NCBI GenBank assembly: GCA_001687465.1
Contig: LVLI01000020.1
Span: forward strand, 1 to 64,000
Source: Halocafeteria seosinensis
Lineage: Eukaryota
Length of the DNA stretch: 64,000 nt
Direction: 5' to 3'
In this document: piece by piece, positions 33,967-45,635 of the stretch
Layout: every line of letters starts with the position of its first letter
Numbering within the stretch: the stretch's first letter is position 1
Program-made: the position numbers and the translations under genes
The notes under the pieces: model-generated
Seen by the model: only the letters and a program-made list of their open reading frames with translations
The model's database searches: none
What the model was told of the DNA's origin: nothing

Positions 33967-35627
33967 ATGTCGGCCTCAATGAAAGACTTCCGAGTGCTGC
34001 AAATGCTGGGTAAGGGCAGCTACGGCTCAGTGTACAAGTGCAAGCGCAACTCAGATGGCTATACGTAAGTCTACCTTAAGAAGCACCGGGAGCACCCCAG
34101 CACAGTCTAAGTCTGACATCGATCCTGCAGTTATGCTGTCAAAGAGGTGAACATCCGCAAATTGTCCGCCCGGGAAAGGTAAGCTGCGCGCCATATTGTG
34201 GTAACGGCTGTGCAGATGCAGATGTTCTTGACCGATCATCTTGTGACCTTTTTGCAGAGAGGATGCTGTCAATGAGATCAGGATTCTTGCCTCAATTCGG
34301 CACAAGAACATCATCAGGTGCGTATTTTGCGTGTTTGACATGAATATCCATGTAACTCAACTGGGGCTCCGCTCTTGCGCAGATACTGCGAAGCCTTCGT
34401 GGAAAGGGACAACTTGTACATCGTCATGGAATTTGCAGAACACGGCGATACTCATCGACAAATCAAGAAGTTCAAAGAAGCGAACAAGTATATCAAGGAG
34501 ACCACCATCTGGTCCTACTTGATTCAAATTTGTCTCGGGCTGCAGGAGCTACACTCTCGCAACATTCTTCACAGGGTATGTATCAGTGAAAATCTCTTTT
34601 TAACAATAGGACTGGGAACTTCGACTCAATGTCTGGGGCTGTTTGTACAGGACATAAAGCCAAAGAACATTTTTTTAACTGACAAGAACCACATTCGCTT
34701 GGGAGATCTCGGTTGTGCTAAGCTGATCAAGTCCGGAATGGCCAAAACACAAATAGGCACCCCCTATTACATGAGTCCTGAAATTTGGTCTAATAAACCC
34801 TACGACACCAAGTCCGATATGTGGGCTGTTGGGGCGTTCATTTACGAGCTGTGTGCTCTTCACCCGCCATTCTTGGCCAACGATGTTAACGGACTTGCCC
34901 GGAAGATCAAAACCCAGCCCGCTCCGAGAGTATCCCGGCATTACTCTGAAGAGTTGGCAATGATCGTGGCCCGCTTGTTGTGTAAGTGTTCAAGGGTGGA
35001 TGAGGGACATCTTCCACTTCACTTGATTTTATCATCTGCTTGCTTGTTTTTGCAGCGAAGAACCCTTCCACGAGGCCATCAATTAATGAAGTAATGGAAA
35101 TGCCTGCGATCCAGAAGCACATGCACCTACTTCCTAACAACGACGACGGAGGACGTTACCAAAACGCTCCACAGTCGCAATTGCTTGCTACCATTAAAGT
35201 GCCTCCAGCTTTAGGACGGCCTGGCAGAAACTGCCAATTGGATTTGCCTGATGCGGCTTACCCGGAAGAGGATGCATCCACGGACGCAGCATCGGCTAGC
35301 GGTGGAAGCTCTTCCGAAAAGAGCAAGCCCCGTGACGCTCCAGTAGAAGCGAAAGGACCATTGACTAGCGATGGAACTAGCTCGTCCGACAAGAGCAAGC
35401 CGCGTAACGCTCTGGCGGAAGCCAAAGCTCGAGGCTATAAACATGGAGGCATGGGAATTGCCAACAATGCCAAGGGAGCACAAAAACCGTTGCGAGAACG
35501 CACGAACGTGTCGCGACAGGCGGCAGCCGCTAGACGACCTGCTGGCGCAGCCCGACGATATGTCTCTGCCGCTCAAGCGATTGGAAAAATACCGCGACCG
35601 CGACCGCGCGCTCGCCCGGTGATGTAG
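33967..35627 (+). CDS. NIMA-related (NEK) Ser/Thr kinase; 5 introns
   Basis: LGKGSYGSV, YAVKEV, DAVNEIRILAS, HRDIKPKNIFL, LGDLG, QIGTPYYMSPE. Confidence 0.95.
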
Positions 35628-35729
35628 GTACTGTACAATGTACAAGTTGTACAACAATTACATAATGTTCAACACTTTATATTTAAATATATCTTACGGA
35701 AAGAGTTCGTGTTAATTTTCTGTCTGTAT

Positions 35730-37014
35730 CTATTTCTTCCGTTTTCCTTTTTTCCTGGCATCAAGCTCCGCTTTCGTCAAGTAGGCGGTTTGGCTGGATG
35801 TTTCCTTCTCGCTGTCCTTCAACGATTCGGTATGCGGCGGAGATGGAGGAGGTGGCGGTGATACCTCCCCCATGCCTTTCCAGGAAACATATTTCGAGTC
35901 ACCTTTACCTGTATCGTGCTTTTCTTGATCGGTTCCGAGTGCTTCAGTCAATGTCTTTATGAAAGGATTTTGCTTCATTTTTTCCGTCTGCTCCGCTTCA
36001 TACTGCTTTTGCATAGCCTTTGCTTCTTCTTGAGTTTGTCCCTGAAGCGGCAAAGGGTCTACGTTCGGAAATTCGACCGGTATTCCTGCCATCTTCTTGA
36101 AGAAACTGCTACGTAACAAGCCCTGTTGCAGGCACATACTAAGACTGGTAGCGGCGAAGTAAACTTGGGTGCCCTGGGAAAGTTTAGCAACGAAGTGCTA
36201 GAAATGAGATAATGGGGTCAGTTGAGTCTCAAGGAGTTGCACTTACGGCTGGAAATTGAGTGGACACTAGACCAAAGAACGCAGCAAAACCAATTCCAAA
36301 CTTTCTCATTTTTTCTCCAGTAAGTCCTAAAGTTGGGATCCCTTGCGTATTTGGATTTAGAACAGCTGACAATATACCTGTTGCAGCCGTGAAAGCCGGC
36401 AGTGCATAAAGAGGGTCGGGTACATCTAAGTGCTGGAACCACAGCGTTCCGCCATCACGGAAATCTTCGATATGAGCAGCGTCTATGCTGAGTTCCCTTA
36501 GAGCCCAAATCATCCCTAGCGCCATTGGTGCCTGCACAACTAGCGGCACAAAACTACGAAACAAACCGACGTTATGTTCCTTCATGAGTTGAGCCCTTTG
36601 TCTGTACAAAGTCATCGCTTTCGCTTCGTCTCCTTCTTGTCGAGCTTCCGAAAACCGCTTCATGAGATTGTTCAAGTGAGGCATAATACGCCTCATACGT
36701 GCTGCCGAGCCAACTGATCGGAAAAAGAGGGGTATGTTGATGGCACGAATAGCTGCAGTCACAATCAGTATAGCCTCCCAGTATGGGACTCCCAAGAGGA
36801 CATGGGTGTCGTTGACCACACTAGCCCAGAAATTGGTGAAGCCGGTCTGATCCAAGACAGTAGCATATGTTTCGTCTGGCGTTCCATCAACGGTAGAGGG
36901 TGGTGACGAAGAGGATGTGGATGACAGACCACGTGTATGTATGCATGCGCGCAGCGGGCGCTTGGTATGCGCATGCACATGCGCACGCACAAGGCGCCTC
37001 GAGACAGCTAGCAT
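35730..37014 (-). CDS. Mitochondrial Oxa1/Cox18 (YidC-family) membrane insertase; 1 intron
   Basis: Arg-rich presequence, H..LGVPYWEAI...TAAIR, LVVQAP, GGTLWF..L..PDP.YALP. Confidence 0.9.
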
Positions 37015-37018
37015 CTTA

Positions 37019-37042
37019 CACACACACACACACACACACACA
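37019..37042. repeat. (CA)12 microsatellite; others at 13377-13394 (CA)9, 45057-45072 (GT)8, 33811-33822 (CG)6, about 20594-20620 (GA)n
   Basis: Read directly from the sequence. Confidence 0.95.
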
Positions 37043-37412
37043 GAGGAGTTAGAGAGAGGATCATTGACAATTCGTAGTGTTGCGTTATTATCAATGCCCC
37101 ATGGGAACGCCATTCATACTCCTTCCTTAGGTTCCACTTGTGAAATTGAGCGGCATCAACGGAGCAGCATTTAGCTCCTTATCCACGATATTGATTGTCT
37201 ACAAATAATATTCATTTTATGCGCACTACTACCGGGTACTTGATAGTGTTCACTGTATTGGCGATACGGCATCCAAGAAGCAGTACCTTGGCGATACAAC
37301 AATAGATTGATATAGTGACACACGACGCCATTAGCCCCACGATAGAGGCGTGTGTATATGTGTTCGTCTGGACCTGAGAGGGCACAACGGCTTCTTTGCA
37401 GCATAAGGGAGA

Positions 37413-40400
37413 ATGCAGCCTCAACAAAGCCAAGAAAGTCAGCACCAGGCCGACTTGGGAACGATCTTGGAGAATTTGAATTCCGAAGATGGCACACGGA
37501 GACAACAGGCCGAGCAATGGTTGGCAGCTGCTGAACAGCAGCCTCAGACGGTAAGTACACTCTCTGCCGTCAAAGCTCTTGCCTACAAGAGAAGCCGACG
37601 ACCGTTGATTGTGGTTCCTGTGGCTTACTTTGTTCGTGAATCGCAGCTCATTCCTGGATTAATCGAACAGGGTATACGCAACACCAACACGGCGCTGGCG
37701 CAACTTGGTTTTGTACTGCTTCGCCAGCAATTCAAAAAGTCTACTAATCCATGGAAACATCTCCCGGAGAGCACACAAAATCAAGGTGCGTCTCGAGGGC
37801 TATTAAGTCTCTTGCAATTGGGTGTGCATTTTGGTTTGTCTCAACGACAGTCAAGGAGCAACTCCTACACGCGCTCGGTTGTACCGTTTCGAAGCAGCAA
37901 GGACATGTAATCAGCCATGCCATAGCAGAGCTCGTGTCAACTATTGCTTGTGAGGGGCAGAAGTGGGAAGGTGCATTGAACTTTGTGCCCACCTTGCTAC
38001 AGGATAAGGAGGAAATTCGCCGAGAAGTGGGAGGTTTCTTACTCAGTAAGATTGCCGAATATGCGGGAGAAGAAGTTCTTGCTTCTCATGCGGATGAATT
38101 ATGGCCAACTATAAATAAGTTGCTAAATGATAGTTCCGTCCTCGTTGCTGCAAGGGGGATCCAGTCAGCTTGCTTCCTAGTACTCAGTCTGGATCCAAAT
38201 AGTCAGGCACGTTTTACCGAGGCCATTCCTCGGATTTTGAAGGTGTGTTGGAGAGGTTGCCGAAGCGCTATATATCTTATGACCTCATTGCCACCTCTGT
38301 ATCTTACAGACCCTCGAGCGTGTATTGGCAAGTGATGAAGAGATAGCTCAAGAATCTCTACAAACATTCACAGAGCTCGCGAAACAAGCTCCATCCTTGT
38401 TTCGAGAATACCTCAACGTTGCTCAAGATGCAATGCTTTTTGTTGTTAAGAGAACTGAGTTTGACGACAGGTATGCGTCTTAGTATAACCATTCCCATTG
38501 CAATTGTAGTTATTGCAATACCATGCAGTATCCGCCAAACGGCTTTGGAACTTATAATCGAACTATGCGAAGAAGGAGGAGGAATGGTGCGAAAGAACAA
38601 GAGGTTTGTCGAGCATGCCGTAGTTGCAGCAACCAACTTAATCGCGGAAGTTGAGGACGACGACCAATGGTCGAACTCAGCAGAGAGCACGAAGACATTT
38701 ACAGGCGATGGAGAGGAAGAGGAAATGTCGATGTTGGGGGAGGAGGCACTGGATAGAGTGATAAACTCTATTGGTGCCAAAACCTGCCTCCCTTACTTCT
38801 TGAACCATTTAGGCACTCTGCTCAATGGTGATTGGAAATATCGACGCGCAGCGTTAGTTGGCTTATCCTTAGTGGGTCCGGCTTCGTCGAAGGAGATGCA
38901 CAGCCAACTTCGAATGATCACTGAGAAAGTCGTCACTTACTTTAGTGATCCAGAGCCCCGCGTAAGAAACGCTGCAGTTTACTGCATTAGGGAACTAGCA
39001 TTGGGATTCTCCGACATGGGCAAGAAGAAGACGTTTCAACAAATGACACATGATGTTGTTGTGCCCAGCCTTAACTCACTACTCAGTGCGCAAGGCGCCA
39101 GCGGAGGCATAGAGAGACTTCGGAGTGCTGCCGCTTCGGCCTACTCGGCATTCCTTACTCCTCATGCGTGCAAGCGTCGTCATCTGGGAAACATCAAACA
39201 GTTTCTTCAACTACTTGTGGAGCTTCTCGAACATAGTCGTTTCCTAACATCCAAAGAAAACGCTATGACAGCTATTGCCGCAGCGTCAACGATTGCAACG
39301 AAGGAATTCACTGAATTTTATGACAACTTCATGTCTATCGCCAAGTGTGTCTTTGAGAACGCTGTTCAAGCGTCACAGACAGATGGATCGTCTGTTTCAT
39401 TGAAGAATCGTTCTTTGGAATGTATTGCTCTTATTTGTTCGTCTGTCGGAAGTGATCAAGCAAGGGAAGATGCCCACCAGGTAATGCAGATTCTTGTTAA
39501 TAACCCTAGCTTGTTTGATACTGATGATTCGGAATCCTACCAGTACTTGACTGCGGCTTGTGTGCGATTGGGCAAAACTCTCGGAAACGGGGTGGCGTCA
39601 TACCTGAGCGTTTTGCTCCCTCCGCTTGCAAGAACCGCAATGCAGGAAATACCGCTCACTGCAATTGACGCCGACGACGAGAAGCTTAACAGTGAGAACA
39701 GTCGCTATGCTGCTGTATCTGTGGAAGTGGTTGGAGAAGGAACCCGTGTCTTAGCGGTGGATTCATCAGCGTTGCAGGACAAATGCACGGCGGCATCGAT
39801 GCTGTTTCATTATGTGGAGAGTTTGTCAACCGCGGCTGTTTTACCGTATTTGGATACGATAGCAGAGCCTCTGCTAAAGGGCATTAGCGAAACACAGATC
39901 CAAAATTTGCGCGTTACATGTTTGTGCTCTGCATCACCAATTCTGCGTTGTGCATTGAAAGACAGAAACGATGTCTCACGCGCCCAGAGGTATGCCGAAG
40001 ATATCATCGGCCGATTGTGTGAATCAATAAAAAAAGAGCAAGATCGGGAGGTGGTTGCAACTGCGACGGAAGTACTAGCCGAATGTGTCAAACTCTGTAA
40101 GGAGAGCTTTGATGCTAATTCCGAATTTTGCTCCCAAGCTGCACCACCGCAGACTCAGTGGGAAACGCTGGTCGACTCGATAAGCGAGTGCATACAAACA
40201 AGCAAAGGGCAACTAGATAAGGCCACAGCAAGTACCTCCCAGGAGGATTTCGATGATGAGGCTGCTGAGCAATTGGAAGAGTCGTGCAGTACTGAGGAGG
40301 AAATCCTAACATCTCTTATTGACTGCGTTGGGTTCTTTGTAAAACTTTATGGAAATACGGTATTGCCCTATCTCTCGAGGAGCCTCTTACCGAACCTTCT

Positions 40401-41175
40401 TCCCTGGTTGGACAAACGGAAACGGCACGAAGCAGTTTTACTTTCCTCTGCTTTATGTTGCTGCGAGGATATAATCGAATACTGCGGGGAAGAGGCGAAC
40501 GAACTGGCCGCCAAAATATTACCGTATTGCTTCGAGAACCTAAACCATGAGAGAGGCAGCGTACAACAATCTGCTGCATATGGAATCGGTATAGTAGCCA
40601 AATTGAAACCGCAGTACATGCCGGCGGAAAGGACGGAACAGGCTTTCTCGGCACTAACAAGCCACGTACGCGAGCACTCTAACAGCGCTAGGGAAGACAA
40701 CGGGGAAATGGAAGCTGCAATGGACAATGTTGTCGCAGCGTTGTTCAAGATTGCCATGTATCGTATGCCGGAATTGGGGTTCCAAAGTCAAATACCCCAT
40801 GCTGTAGATCTGGTCATACAGTACCTCCCCATTAAGCAGGATACGATAGAGGGGCGTGAACTGCACCAATGGTTACTCGAGAGCATTATACAGCACAGCC
40901 AGATAGTCTTTGCTACAGCATCTATGACGGTTTGTACTCTGGCAAGGAAGGTGTATGAAATTGGTTCATTGCATTATGAGAAGTTGACGGAAGAGCTAGC
41001 TCCGGATGAAGAGCGAGATTACATTTTACCAAGCGGTACGGAAAATTTGGTGACACAGAGTCTCCAGTCCCTGAAGGCGCTCGACGATAACCAGTTTGAA
41101 CAAGCGTGTAATTCAGTCGATACCGAGGACCGCAGCGCTGTCGAAGCACTCGCAAAATTGGTTCAGTCTCGCTAG
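37413..41175 (+). CDS. IPO5: Importin-beta family karyopherin, importin-5/Kap121-like; 4 introns
   Basis: N-terminal RQQAE..L, HEAT repeats, EEALDRV, WKYRRAAL, DPEPRVRNAA, QSAAYGIG, DNVVAAL, LPIKQD..E. Confidence 0.8.
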
Positions 41176-41185
41176 ATTGTTCCGG

Positions 41186-41980
41186 TTACCGTGGAAACTT
41201 CTGTCCCTCGATAGTTACCGAGGGGGGCTTATACAAAGGCCATAGACCACCGAGGGGTCGTCGGTCCTTATAAAAGCACTCAGCTGCATGCACTCCGTTT
41301 TCAGATTGACTACCCGGAAACGGCCCGTCGGAAACTCCACCTCCGAAGAATTCCCGGATAATCTGCGTGTATGTATAGCGATTCTCCTTCTAATTTTGTT
41401 TTGAATAGGTCGGAATTATAACTTACCCGTCCTTTCCTACCGTGGTGTCCCGATTTCTGCATAGTTTCAGTCACCTTTTGGAAGTCTTGCTCCACAGACT
41501 CGGGCTGTGGTATTCCCAAACATATCAGAGTTTGGAACGTAATGATCGGAACATAACATCTTCGTCAACGTACCAATGTTTCTTCCAGCTCTTCATCACT
41601 TGGGGCCTGGTAATGCCGTGACCGTTGTTTTTCCTCAACTTGTTCCCTTGCTTCCTGTCGGGATCTGTCCAAGAAACTCGTAGGAACTTGGTCGATCGCT
41701 TGACGGATGAGCCGAGTTTCTTTAGGAGCATGCTCTTTGACTGTCCGTTGGGCTTGTCCCTTAGTTTTACTGGGGGTAAGCAACGGAATGGAACGTTCTA
41801 GACAGCATGAAAGGACGGAGGGCCATCGAATTCGCCACCATACCTATGCTTCGTACTGTGATGGTAGTCGCTCTCCAAGAAGACGCCTGTCGAAGGCTCC
41901 CCCCTAGTTCGTCGAGGCCAAGAGGCATGGCTCGTTGGCCTCATGATGGTAACATCATTAGAAAATGTTACCGTCTCCAT
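41186..41980 (-). CDS. Hypothetical protein, 4 exons
   Basis: Three canonical introns (GTATGG..CAG, GTACGT..CAG, GTAAGT..CAG) join the ORF pieces in frame. It ends ...AECFYKDRRPLGGLWPLYKPPSVTIEGQKFPR*. Confidence 0.6.
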
Positions 41981-42584
41981 CGTATCCTAGACAGAGTGTT
42001 TCGTCTTGAATATAGCTTAGAGATGTGCGACACGTCCGAGCGCGCGCTCTGAGACTCTTTCACTTTATCCACTACCAGTGATTGCCACTGAAACTATACT
42101 GAGAATACAACTCACGAAGCGAGCGACTATGCCACAGACAGTCTACAACACCGTGCCACATGCCAACACGCTCAAAATAGCGCCATCTTGATAGCATCTC
42201 CCTTGCGAAATGGCGTAACTTCAAGCTCAACGGAAACGTGACCTTCACAAACCTGCCCTGCGAAAAGATTGTCTGGTTAATGGACTTTGCCACGTATGAA
42301 CCCATCCCTTAGCAAGCAGGCATCGTAAACACCATGCACTTGATGAATCGATAAATTGGAGGCTCATTATACCCCGCTTGATTTTCTATTTGGAACGATT
42401 TCCCTTTATTTCGGTGGTTGACTACGCAACTGGAGACCCTCGTTCGCGTGCAAAGTACTTAAGGATTTTGGCACGGATAGGCAGCGTTACCTCTCGATAC
42501 TGAATCAAGGCCAATATCATCAGACTAGACAAAGTCTCGATTAAGTGGTTTCTTTCATAGCGAAACAGGAAATACAGTTAAAAG

Positions 42585-43163
42585 ATGCTTCGTTTGGCAA
42601 ATTTCACTCGAAGGGCTAGAGCCTTCAATGTCTTCGCGCAACCTGTCATGAGGCAGTTCTGTGCTCCTTCTACACAGGTAAGTTGTCGGTTCATAAATAT
42701 GTTTTTCTGTGCCATGCAACACTTTGGCGGCGTGTGCTCGGTTTGCTACTTCTCCCTGTGTAGCGCGAGCACGTCAGTCCCCCAGGGACAGCTCTGTAGG
42801 GCGCCTCCAGGGGTCAATCCACCCCGATGCTTTTTGTAATTTCGCTAGGGCGAGTTAGTCGGCAGTAAGTGTTGATGTCACTTCACTCATCTGGTTTCTT
42901 GCTTGCAGCACTTTTTAGACAAAGGCGAGGTAGCGGAAAGAGTTATGACAGTGTTGAAAAACTTTGAGAAGGTGGACCCAGTAAAAGTTAACGAAAAGGC
43001 TCACTTCTCCAATGACTTAGGCTTGGATTCTCTGGACCAAGTCGAGGTTTGTATGGCTATTGAGGAAGAATTTGCTATTCAAATCCCAGACGCGGAAGCC
43101 GAGAAGATACTTACAGCGGAAGATGCTATTCAGTTCGTTACCACACACCCTCAGGCTAAGTAA
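42585..43163 (+). CDS. NDUFAB1: Mitochondrial acyl carrier protein; one 231 bp intron (42678-42908)
   Basis: Presequence plus DLGLDSLDQVEV (phosphopantetheine Ser) and EEEFAIQIPD.EAEKI. Confidence 0.96.
42717..42874 (+). ncRNA. Candidate structured intronic RNA of unknown family
   Basis: An 8 bp closing helix CAACACTT/AAGTGTTG encloses several GC-rich hairpins (see findings). Confidence 0.45.
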
Positions 43164-43284
43164 AATCGAGTTCATGGCGTTTGTAGGATCCAACTCTAGT
43201 TTCAAAGGAACCAAATATACTACGTGCACAGGGAGACTCCGTTGAAAGTGTATTTGCTTTGTTTAACTTGTGATTATCGGATGA

Positions 43285-44726
43285 TTATTCATCACGTTTG
43301 AAAGCATTGAGAATATTTTGACGAATCATCATGTATTTCTGTTTTGCAACATTAACGCCATCGCCTTCAAGCATCCTCTGTAAACGCTTAATTTCGTCAT
43401 CAATGAAGCTAATTCCTTTCTCTGCTACTTTCTGCATAGCCTTGACATAGTATTTCGCTTCACGAAGATTTTCCTCCTCTACTTCTTTAACCAAATTGTC
43501 TGCCTTCGAGATGACGCTCTGCTGATCACTGGCAGACAGGAATTCATCAATAAGCTTGTCAAACGAGCCTAATCGTCCAGCCTCGGGCTTCAGACTCCCG
43601 TCTTGGTTTCTGTAGACAAAGGACAATAGAAAGAACGGAGTTAAGCACAAAGAACTTAAACGACTAAACACTCTAAAACTCACCTTTTTGCACCTGTTTG
43701 CTCGTTGACGTACTCCACCAGATCAGCCAGCGTACGGCCACCAGTATAGTCCTGAGCAGTCTTGTCATCTCCCTTGGGGAAGAACTTGATACTCGGGAAT
43801 CCACTAATACCGTATTGGGACTTGAGATCCTCCCTGAGATACATAGTGCATCAATACTATATTCTCTTGCTATGATGCCCAGTCAATGCCACATCACTTA
43901 CTGTTTTGTTGCATCCACGGCACCGATTACCACATCTTCGTCACCTTCAAACACTTCTGCTAGCTGCTGATAAATTGGTTTTAGTTTCTTGCAGTGCCCA
44001 CACCAGGGAGCAAAGAACTCTACCAGTGCTGCTTTGCTTGGGTCAAGTACATTTTGTTCGAAGTTCGTCGAGGTGAGGTCCACTACAGCATCCGAAGGTT
44101 CCTTAACTTTCTTTTTGAGGCCCGTCTTGTCATTAATGAACTCAGCTATATCTTTTGCGGTCCTGCCACCGTCGTAATCTTCAGGATCGGTGCTCCCTTT
44201 CGGAAACCATTTTAAAGTGGGGAATCCTTGGACCCCGTACTTGCTCCCCAGGTCTGAGTGAGCATCGGCGTCTACTCTAGCTATGACCACTCCATCTCGC
44301 CTGCAAAGTAACAAGAACAATGACTGTTTTCAGTCGCAGCTTCGGCAGCGTCGGGGGCCTTTACATACTTTGAGTCGAAGGTCTCACCCAGTTTCTCGTA
44401 CTCGGGAGCAAGGTTCTTACAATGCCCACACCACTGCAAGACCAACGACGACCTATCAACAACCATTTTCATCAAGCGCAAAACCATATAGTAGACGTAC
44501 GGGAGCATAAAATTCTACCAGCGCCGGCTTAGATCCATCTACTATGTCATCGAAATTATCTGGAGTCAAATCGAATACGCCCTGCACCACACCAACAACT
44601 CAATGACAACCCGGTTGACATTGTTCTCCGGAGACGTGTGCTTACTTTGGCATCTACTGTACTTGCCATGAAAGAGGCAAGAGCTGCAAGCGAAGCCGCA
44701 AGCGTGAATGTGTTTCTGGTCTTCAT
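43285..44726 (-). CDS. Protein disulfide isomerase, a-a'-D type (ERp38/TigA-like, with an ERp29-like C-terminal domain); 5 introns
   Basis: Signal peptide, two APWCGHCK thioredoxin sites, [15 protein letters not shown]...EIKRL, NILNAF, C-terminal RDE. Confidence 0.93.
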
Positions 44727-45167
44727 TTTTTCTTGTTGAATTCCTCTTGGTGTTCTCAGATTCCGCCGCGTTGTTTCCTTCTCTCGCAAGCTTATTTCGC
44801 CAGCTTTCCTTGTCAGCGCAATATGATCATACCGATCCACTCAGTGTGTGCCTTCTATCAAATTCCTTACATGTGAGGACTGCATTTATGGCCCAAAGAA
44901 CTTCAGAACATTGGCGGCAGACTGTGGGATACGCCAAACAAAAGTTTCAGTTGCGGAAACCGCGCCTTTTTGTTGAAAGGGTGGGAGGTTATCGTACATT
45001 CAACGCAGTGACTGAAGGTATTGACCATTCCTTTAGTTGTTGACAACACATCAAGCGTGTGTGTGTGTGTGTTTGTTTCTTTCTTTCTGTAAGAGGGTGG
45101 TTCATTTCGCTGAGAAGCTGCTTTCTTTCCGGCCTCATCTTCTGTCTCTGGGAGGAAAAGAAAAAAG

Positions 45168-45635
45168 GTACGTCCTTTGTCTGTGTGGCAGGCACCACAT
45201 GAGTACTCCAGCCACGTATATTTGTCAGTAGACGATATGTTCGTGTTCCATCTCTCCAACGAGGAAGCGATAGCGACAAGAGGTCCAGATTGGGTAACAT
45301 GCGGGCTAGGCGTGCGCGGGGATGTATCCGGGCTGGTATCTTCCCTGATGTGCCAGTGGCCCCTATACCTGCCCTGTGGGTTAGTGACCGAGCATTTTTG
45401 TTCGCAAAGAACACCACTGTGGAGCCCCAAGACTAATGGATGAGATGCTTGCTGTTAATGTACACACACGAGGACATGGATGATGTACGGGGTTGAATAG
45501 ATGGGAAGATTGTTTGCCCGTCTTGCTAGTACCTTTGTCTGAGTGAACACTTGCCTGTACCTGGAAGATGCAAGACATAGGATAGCAGCTCATCGAACAA
45601 CTCCATTACCGATGGCTACATGTTGCTTTTCGCAG
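45168..45635 (+). other. Predicted 468 bp 5'-UTR intron of clathrin heavy chain, with fold-back structure
   Basis: Donor AG|GTACGT (a common donor in this window) and acceptor TTTTCGCAG directly before the ATG at 45636. Confidence 0.55.

Noticed and set aside
42717..42874. U1/U4/U11 snRNA, RNase MRP or TPP riboswitch in the ACP intron
   Set aside because: The diagnostic sequences (ACUUACCUG, U6-pairing arms, GGGGCU CR-V, CUGAGA) are missing. It is kept as an unknown structured RNA.
45255..45545. U3 snoRNA or RNase P RNA (ACGAGGAAG, AAGACTA, GTCTGAGTG)
   Set aside because: No box A/A' 18S-pairing region, no B/C boxes in the proper order, and no P4 helix.
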